Positions 52,963 to 57,529 of a stretch of 57,529 nucleotides of DNA are shown piece after piece. A program made the translations under genes and the position numbers. The stretch is taken from assembly GCA_021817305.1 (NCBI GenBank), contig JAKAVL010000028.1, positions 1-57,529 on the forward strand, given 5' to 3'. The notes beneath the pieces were generated by a model. The model was not told where the DNA came from, searched no databases, and was given only the letters and a program-made list of their open reading frames with translations. The stretch is from Candidatus Micrarchaeota archaeon. GTDB lineage: Archaea; Micrarchaeota; Micrarchaeia; Micrarchaeales; CABMGC01. The first letter of the stretch is position 1. Every line of letters begins with the position of its first letter.

Positions 52963-53393
52963 TGCGCTTATATGGGTACTTCAACCAGGCCCCGACTCCG
53001 GCGGCCTACATTAGCGCAGTAGTGTCAATACCGGACCTGAATGTGAAGGCTACGGTACAATTTCTCATTGACACCGGCGCCACGAAAACTGTGATAATGG
53101 AGAAGGACGTAGGAAGACTTGGCATAGACTGCTCAAGGCTCTCGAATCCTTCAAGATTGTTCGGCATCGGCGGCGACATAGAGGCTTGCCAAATGGCCGG
53201 GGTGGACTTTATCTTTGACGAGGAAGAGAGGGGCGAGCATACGGAACGCCTGGAAACAATCCGCATCGCAAGTCGCAACAGGGAAAAACCTGAAAAATTT
53301 GGTTTGCCAAGCATGCTCGGAAGAGACGTTCTCAACAAATACAGGCTTGTATACGATAAGAGGAAAAACTCAGTGTTTATAACTGATGAATAG
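52962..53393 (+). CDS. single-domain retropepsin-like (clan AA) aspartic protease
   Basis: All three retropepsin signatures are present: FLIDTGATKTVI (DTGA), LFGIGGDIEA (flap GIGG) and MLGRDVLNKY (GRD/N-hL). 143 aa. Confidence 0.75.
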   Translation: MRLYGYFNQAPTPAAYISAVVSIPDLNVKATVQFLIDTGATKTVIMEKDVGRLGIDCSRLSNPSRLFGIGGDIEACQMAGVDFIFDEEERGEHTERLETIRIASRNREKPEKFGLPSMLGRDVLNKYRLVYDKRKNSVFITDE

Positions 53394-53824
53394 GCCTCTC
53401 TCTCAGGACCCGGGGCTTCCTTGGGGCCATGGGGGGCCTTCTCGGCTAGTAGTACAGGTCCCTGCTTCTCGCGGCCCTGCCTTCCCTGTATATCTTTATC
53501 ACCGACTTGCGCGTTGTCGTGCGGTACCTTTTTAGTAATGCCTAAGTCCAGTTTGTCAAATAAGTTTGGTTCTTCGCCATAGTTAGGGAGCATATTTCTC
53601 TGGCTTACAGTCACAAAAGTGCGTGTTTTGAAGAATAAATCTACATACAGCTTTCAGCAAGAAATTTCGTAAGATCCGATAACCCTTATAAGAGTATACG
53701 GTCCTTATAACATCCGACGGAGGTGTGGGTTCCATATTGGTCTCCAAAATCCATTGGAACTACACCTATTTTACTCCCCAACTTGGGAGAAGAAGCATAA
53801 GTTTTTACTTTCTGGATTTTGGCA

Positions 53825-54157
53825 TTATTCCGGATTAAGAAGGTCTTTGAGCTGCGTTTTGATTATTTCTATCTGCATCCGGTCGAGATTCCCCATGTTT
53901 CTGCCGATTCTTCGGGCATCAATCGCGCGAATCTGGAACAGGAGGGCTACGCTGTCGGCAGTCAGCTTGTTGTTCGCGCCGCGGTTTATGCGCAGAGTAT
54001 AGGAAAAACGGTTCAGATCATCGGTTCTGGTTGTAAGGGGCAGTATTATTCCTACGTTGTGTATGCTGCGTACTAGAATGGCCGGCCTTTCGTAACCCTG
54101 CTCATGGCCGATTGGCACTCCCAGATCGATGAAGTAGATGCCCCATGCGTCTGCCAT
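53825..54157 (-). CDS. mazF: MazF/PemK-family toxin
   Basis: WGIYFIDLGVPIGHEQGYERPAILV...ILPLTTRT...DSVALLFQIRAIDARRI is the canonical PemK pattern. Confidence 0.8.
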   Translation of the reverse strand: MADAWGIYFIDLGVPIGHEQGYERPAILVRSIHNVGIILPLTTRTDDLNRFSYTLRINRGANNKLTADSVALLFQIRAIDARRIGRNMGNLDRMQIEIIKTQLKDLLNPE

Positions 54158-54159
54158 GA

Positions 54160-54735
54160 TTATTCCTCTCGACTGGTGCCGCTAAAGGCATTCATGTCAC
54201 TGAGGCTGGCCCTTTCAAACGGTTCAGTCTCTTTTTCAAGCACGGACAACAGCTTTTTCCTATCGTTCTCTTTCAGCATGAACTCCTTTAGGGCATTCAG
54301 GCCGCGCACTATGTCCCTGAGTTCAAGGTAGGGCTTTCTCTCCATGAGCTCCTTTATCGCAGTTTCCTCGTCCTTTTCCCGGGTTTCATCGTGCATGATA
54401 AAATACAGGCTTGCCATTATCTCAAGCGTATCGGGATCAAGAGAGTTCATCTTTTCGTTTTTCAGCCTGGCAATCTCCTTTTTTTCATTATCGTTGAGCT
54501 TGCCGGCCCCCTTGCCGAACAGCTCCTTGCCAGCATAATAATCTTCGGTAAGCTCCTTTGAGTAAGGGCCCTTAGTGAACCATCCGAAATCGTAAAGCCG
54601 GTCATTTAGAAGAACACCCAACAGATACGTGAATTTTTGGATCTTTATCCTGGACGCGAAAAGCTCAACGTCCACCTTCACGTCAAGCTCTCTGAGCCAT
54701 GCGGCAACCCTGTGAATGCGTCTGCCATTATCCAT
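54160..54735 (-). CDS. Panacea (DUF4065/SocA-like) domain protein, putative antitoxin
   Basis: IKIQKFTYLLGVLLNDRLYDFGWFTKGPYSKELTEDYY matches the kLqKLlY...w..GPv..eLy core. 2-nt gap to mazF. Confidence 0.55.
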   Translation of the reverse strand: MDNGRRIHRVAAWLRELDVKVDVELFASRIKIQKFTYLLGVLLNDRLYDFGWFTKGPYSKELTEDYYAGKELFGKGAGKLNDNEKKEIARLKNEKMNSLDPDTLEIMASLYFIMHDETREKDEETAIKELMERKPYLELRDIVRGLNALKEFMLKENDRKKLLSVLEKETEPFERASLSDMNAFSGTSREE

Positions 54736-55056
54736 TTATGTCGCCTTGGTGTCAATCCCTGTTTTTATGGCGGGTAGGGAAAGCAGCCAGTCCAGAACTG
54801 TTTTATACTTCTCCCTTCCCTTGTCCGTGATGTAGTATACGGCTTCTTTTTTGTCGTCCATGCTCTCCTCCTTTCTGCGTATGTATCTCTTGTCTTCAAG
54901 CCACTTCAGCTGCGGGCCTAAAAAGCTGTCTTTCAGGCCAGTCTCGGTTTTTAGATCGATGTACTGCACTCCGTCCCTGTCAAAAAAGTAAAGCTGTGAT
55001 AAGGTTCCAAGTCTGGAATATATCAGAAGCCTTCTGCACTCCCTATCAAGTTTCAT
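54736..55056 (-). CDS. winged-helix DNA-binding protein (PadR/MarR-like)
   Basis: LKTETGLKDSFLGPQLKWLEDKRYIRRKE...VYYITDKGREKY. Abuts the Panacea gene with no gap. Confidence 0.55.
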   Translation of the reverse strand: MKLDRECRRLLIYSRLGTLSQLYFFDRDGVQYIDLKTETGLKDSFLGPQLKWLEDKRYIRRKEESMDDKKEAVYYITDKGREKYKTVLDWLLSLPAIKTGIDTKAT

Positions 55057-55214
55057 GATCTCACAGATTGCAGGCTATCCCGTGCAGGTTGATGCGCCCT
55101 TCCTTCCTGGCATTAATTTAACACGTTTAAGATATATAAATGTTTTGTAATAAACATGTTTTGAGAAATCTAAAAGAGTAGTTTTAAATATTTGCTCTTG
55201 AATATTTTATGTAG

Positions 55215-55442
55215 TTGACATATATGACAAAACCTATGTCCGAAATAAGAGAGAAGGTCCTCAACGAGTTGTTTGATGACTGGGAAGACTATAAGCACCA
55301 CTTCAATTCGGTACAGATAAAGGTGGCTACGTTAGAAAAACTTATCAACAGAACTATCAAAGCAACTGTGGAAAGGCTGGAAAATGAGAAGCCAGGCAAA
55401 GAGATGGTGGTCCAAACAAAATCTGGGGAGTTCGAGATTTGA
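55215..55442 (+). CDS. hypothetical small coiled-coil protein (doubtful)
   Basis: 75-aa AT-rich ORF. Its last 19 nt overlap the tRNA-Pro on the opposite strand. Confidence 0.25.
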   Translation: MTYMTKPMSEIREKVLNELFDDWEDYKHHFNSVQIKVATLEKLINRTIKATVERLENEKPGKEMVVQTKSGEFEI

Positions 55443-55496
55443 ACTCGAGTCTTCAGGACCCAAACCTGAAAGCCTACCAAGCTAGCCTAACTCCCC
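55424..55496 (-). tRNA. tRNA-Pro (anticodon UGG)
   Basis: Manual cloverleaf: acceptor GGGGAGU/ACUCCCC, anticodon arm UCAGG-UUUGGGU-CCUGA, T arm UCGAG-UUCAAAU-CUCGA. 73 nt, no CCA. Confidence 0.85.
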
Positions 55497-55686
55497 GTGA
55501 TAATAAGTAATATACCCCTCAAAGGTTTTTATATGCTGGCTCCCTCGCGAGCATGAGAGGCTCGGATGCCTTTGTCACAGAGAATGTCGAATAACTTCTT
55601 TTCCGAGAGTGTTTTTTCGTTTGATCTGAATGCTTGTTCTTCGTCAGGCAGTGTTATGTCTTCCTTCATGTTATCCCAGACGGGAC

Positions 55687-56130
55687 TTACGCTTTCGGCT
55701 TCCTTCCCGGGGCCTTGGGGAGCTTGAGGTGCTTGTACGCCTTCGCGAGCATCTCCTGGTTCATGTCTGTGTCGAACTTGAGGTTCTGTATGGTCCTGCG
55801 CAGCAGGTACGTGCCCGCTATCTCCTTAAGCTCCTCGTTTGCCCCTACGGCCTTCTGCACCGCAGCCTTCGCCTCCGGGGATCCGAGCGCCTGTATGGCC
55901 TCTGCGAGATCATTGTACCGCTTTGCCTTCCCGCTGGTTACCGTATCAACATATGCATCAAGCGATCCCAGGTCCATGCCTAGGAACTCAAACGCCTTCT
56001 TGTCGAGCGTCTGGCGTATCGAGGCAAGCGCGAAGGCCACTTCCTCCGGCTTGGTGTCCTCATGCACTGTTGCCTTCTTTATGACCACCCAGTTGCGGTA
56101 CTTCGCGGAGAACTCGATCGTATCAGACAT
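55687..56130 (-). CDS. hypothetical protein (core-like GC)
   Basis: 147-aa ORF, last of the rpl40e / wHTH / this-gene co-directional string. Basic KLPKAPGRKPKA tail. Confidence 0.45.
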   Translation of the reverse strand: MSDTIEFSAKYRNWVVIKKATVHEDTKPEEVAFALASIRQTLDKKAFEFLGMDLGSLDAYVDTVTSGKAKRYNDLAEAIQALGSPEAKAAVQKAVGANEELKEIAGTYLLRRTIQNLKFDTDMNQEMLAKAYKHLKLPKAPGRKPKA

Positions 56131-56139
56131 GCAATACCT

Positions 56140-56355
56140 TTATCCAATGACGTAGTATCCGGATGCCTTCTCGCGTGCGACGCGCTTTATGACGTTCTTC
56201 TGCACTAGGCTCACGAGCGTGTTGTTCACCATGCTCTTCGGCCTGTTGCACTTCTTCGCTATGTCGTCAGCTGTCTTCTTCTTCTCCTCGCTCGTCGCGC
56301 CTATGTCCTTCATCGCCTGCATTACCAGGCTTTCTATTGGATTCAGGTCTGCCAT
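56140..56355 (-). CDS. small winged-helix DNA-binding protein
   Basis: TADDIAKKCNRPKSMVNNTLVSLVQKNVIKRV...GYYVI. Confidence 0.5.
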   Translation of the reverse strand: MADLNPIESLVMQAMKDIGATSEEKKKTADDIAKKCNRPKSMVNNTLVSLVQKNVIKRVAREKASGYYVIG

Positions 56356-56373
56356 TTGATTACCCTTTGATCA

Positions 56374-56526
56374 TCACTTCTTCACGCGGCTCTCCTTGCG
56401 CTTCACCCTAAGGTATTTGCTGCCGCACTTCCTGCACTTCTCCACTCCTGCGCGGTTCCTGGACTTGCATCTCCTGCAGACCCATATGCGCGTCAGGGCC
56501 TCATCTGCCAAAGCGAACTTTCCCAT
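56374..56526 (-). CDS. rpl40e: 50S ribosomal protein eL40
   Basis: 50-aa ORF not in the track: MGKFALADEALTRIWVCRRCKSRNRAGVEKCRKCGSKYLRVKRKESRVKK. The C..C...N......CRKCG...LR.K pattern is that of archaeal L40e. Confidence 0.8.
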   Translation of the reverse strand: MGKFALADEALTRIWVCRRCKSRNRAGVEKCRKCGSKYLRVKRKESRVKK

Positions 56527-56673
56527 TCAGAATCACGGTTAAGAATTAACACGGATTATATGAACGGAAAGGTATATAATTTGTTGTTTGTGCGTGAAAA
56601 GTGCAGGATTGACGCTGAGCCGATTCCTTACCGTGCGGAAGACCGATTGCCCTTGATTACTCGTCTTTAGTGG

Positions 56674-57107
56674 CTATAATAAAGACAGCGTAAATTGATT
56701 GGCGTTCCCCGTGTAAATAAGTATGCCGAACGCCAGAAGATCCCTCCCAATGAGCGAGGATATGTTTTGCCCGTCCAACGGGAGTGCGGTAAATAGGCCT
56801 TCATATGTGATGTTTGTAGAGGGTATTACCATCCTCATGAAATAACGATAGGCCCTATGCCCTTTTGTAGATGGCGTATTTATTCCGATCACGTCTACAG
56901 GTTGCAGCCCGAGAGCGCCAGGTATATCCTCCTAACAACACAATTTGTTGCTCCAGTATCTATTAAGGCCCTGATGCTTACTGGAGGTGGCAGCGGTTTC
57001 CCATCTTTTCTATACTGTTCTTCTATCTGCCTTGGGATTAAGAATTGTACCTCTACTGTCGGCCCATCTACTTGTAAGTTTGGTGAGGATACAGTGATAG
57101 AAGGCAT
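56674..57107 (-). pseudogene. second retropepsin-like aspartic protease, interrupted by one frameshift
   Basis: ORF 56895-57107 carries ALIDTGATNCVV. ORF 56674-56892 carries LIGRDLLAFG. The downstream frame is open back to EDIPGALGLQPVDVIGINTP, so a single 1-nt shift near 56927-56934 would join them. Confidence 0.65.
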
Positions 57108-57353
57108 TCATACACCAATTTTTATCAAATTGGAGGTGTAGTTTTGTGTTTGTTCCACTTCCTCGATTTTTTTTACCAGAAAGGAGGTATTTCCGAACTC
57201 CTCTATGCCTCTTTTAATGGCATCCTTCTCTGATTCGAAGATATCGACTATGGTCTTGCCTTTTATTAATACGTACTTTCCATTGGCCTTCTTTACTAGT
57301 TCTGCCTTATTTTCTTCATAAGTTTTAATCTCTTCTTCCAAAGGAATGGCCAT
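57108..57353 (-). CDS. small partner protein of the second retropepsin-like gene
   Basis: NGKYVLIKGKTIVDIFESEKDAIKRGIEEFGNTSFLVKKI shows the same pattern as 52696-52962. The stop abuts the protease ATG (TGAATG). Confidence 0.5.
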   Translation of the reverse strand: MAIPLEEEIKTYEENKAELVKKANGKYVLIKGKTIVDIFESEKDAIKRGIEEFGNTSFLVKKIEEVEQTQNYTSNLIKIGV

Positions 57354-57374
57354 GATATCACGTTTACATTACTA

Positions 57375-57528
57375 TTACTCTTGGAAGTTATATAATTCTT
57401 TCTTCTTGGCCCCTCTTTGGCTCTGTATCACAATACGGTTGATACCATCATCAAAATAAAAACAGGCATATTTGATGCCTGTTCTATAAGGTACAGCCAC
57501 CTCTTTCTCTCCGTTTCTTTGCCCCAGT
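57375..57528 (-). CDS. C-terminal part of a BrnT/DUF497-like toxin (5' end outside the window)
   Basis: ...GIKYACFYFDDGINRIVIQSQRGAKKKELYNFQE* resembles the iRIISARkAtkkEr..Y ending of BrnT. Confidence 0.35.
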   Translation of the reverse strand, partial: LGQRNGEKEVAVPYRTGIKYACFYFDDGINRIVIQSQRGAKKKELYNFQE

Positions 57529-57529
57529 A

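Noticed and set aside
53394-53824. Minus-strand ORF 53006-53614 and the 430-nt region between the retropepsin gene and mazF.
   Set aside because: More than half of the ORF is antisense to the retropepsin gene. The remaining part (MLPNYGEEPNLFDKLDLG...) is low in complexity (Gly/Pro/Lys/Glu/Gln). No RNA motif was recognised, so the region is left unannotated.
55424-55496. tRNA-Pro as the attachment site of an integrated element.
   Set aside because: There is no second partial copy of the tRNA-Pro sequence and no integrase anywhere in the window. The idea is kept only as part of the compositional-islet observation.
55529-55669. 46-aa minus-strand ORF (MKEDITLPDEEQAFRSNEKTLSEKKLFDILCDKGIRASHAREGASI), 17 nt downstream of the 147-aa gene.
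   Set aside because: It is plausible as a fourth gene of the eL40 string. It is too short and featureless to support without conservation data.
1-57529. Search for CRISPR arrays, rRNA genes, integrases and transposases.
   Set aside because: I saw no regularly spaced direct repeats with unique spacers; the only tandem repeat is the 31-bp array at 46903-46980. There are no rRNA-like stretches. No ORF carries integrase (R..HxxR..Y) or DDE transposase signatures that I could recognise.

Overview
57.5-kb archaeal chromosomal window, coding on both strands almost throughout. I call about 75 protein genes, 3 intact tRNAs, 1 degenerate tRNA-like copy and 1 candidate C/D-box sRNA. I found no rRNA, no CRISPR array and no recognisable integrase or transposase. 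Archaeal identity rests on Spt5-uL11, eL40, eS26, Pelota, a PAC2-type proteasome chaperone with an HbYX tail, an AglB/STT3-type oligosaccharyltransferase, a class III (type IV pilin-like) signal peptide, TATA boxes 25-40 nt upstream of starts, and an intron-containing tRNA. A small-genome DPANN/Micrarchaeota-like lineage is only a guess. Main themes: (1) Cell surface and N-glycosylation: a 1041-aa S-layer-like protein, at least 5 other Ser/Asn/Thr-rich exported proteins, AglB, a sugar nucleotidyltransferase and a phosphohexomutase. (2) An anaerobic ribonucleotide reductase regulon: nrdR, two NrdR-box-like palindromes 32 bp apart, nrdD with its glycyl-radical domain in a separate overlapping ORF, and nrdG. 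(3) Housekeeping and metabolism: DAHP synthase, aminotransferase, GdhA, dihydroorotase-like protein, RNase HII, Trm5, three Nudix proteins, a UbiA prenyltransferase, and NikR with a Ni/Co transporter. (4) Visibly AT-richer accessory islets carrying VapBC, HEPN-MNT, DUF4258-DUF2283, a wHTH-Panacea-MazF triad, a COG1373-type AAA ATPase cassette, and two copies of an uncharacterised cassette (small protein plus retropepsin-like aspartic protease). Several genes look decayed or split: the pilin-like gene, one retropepsin copy, a nuclease-like paralog, an alpha/beta hydrolase and the DUF45 protein. All family assignments come from motif recognition by eye; no database search was run.
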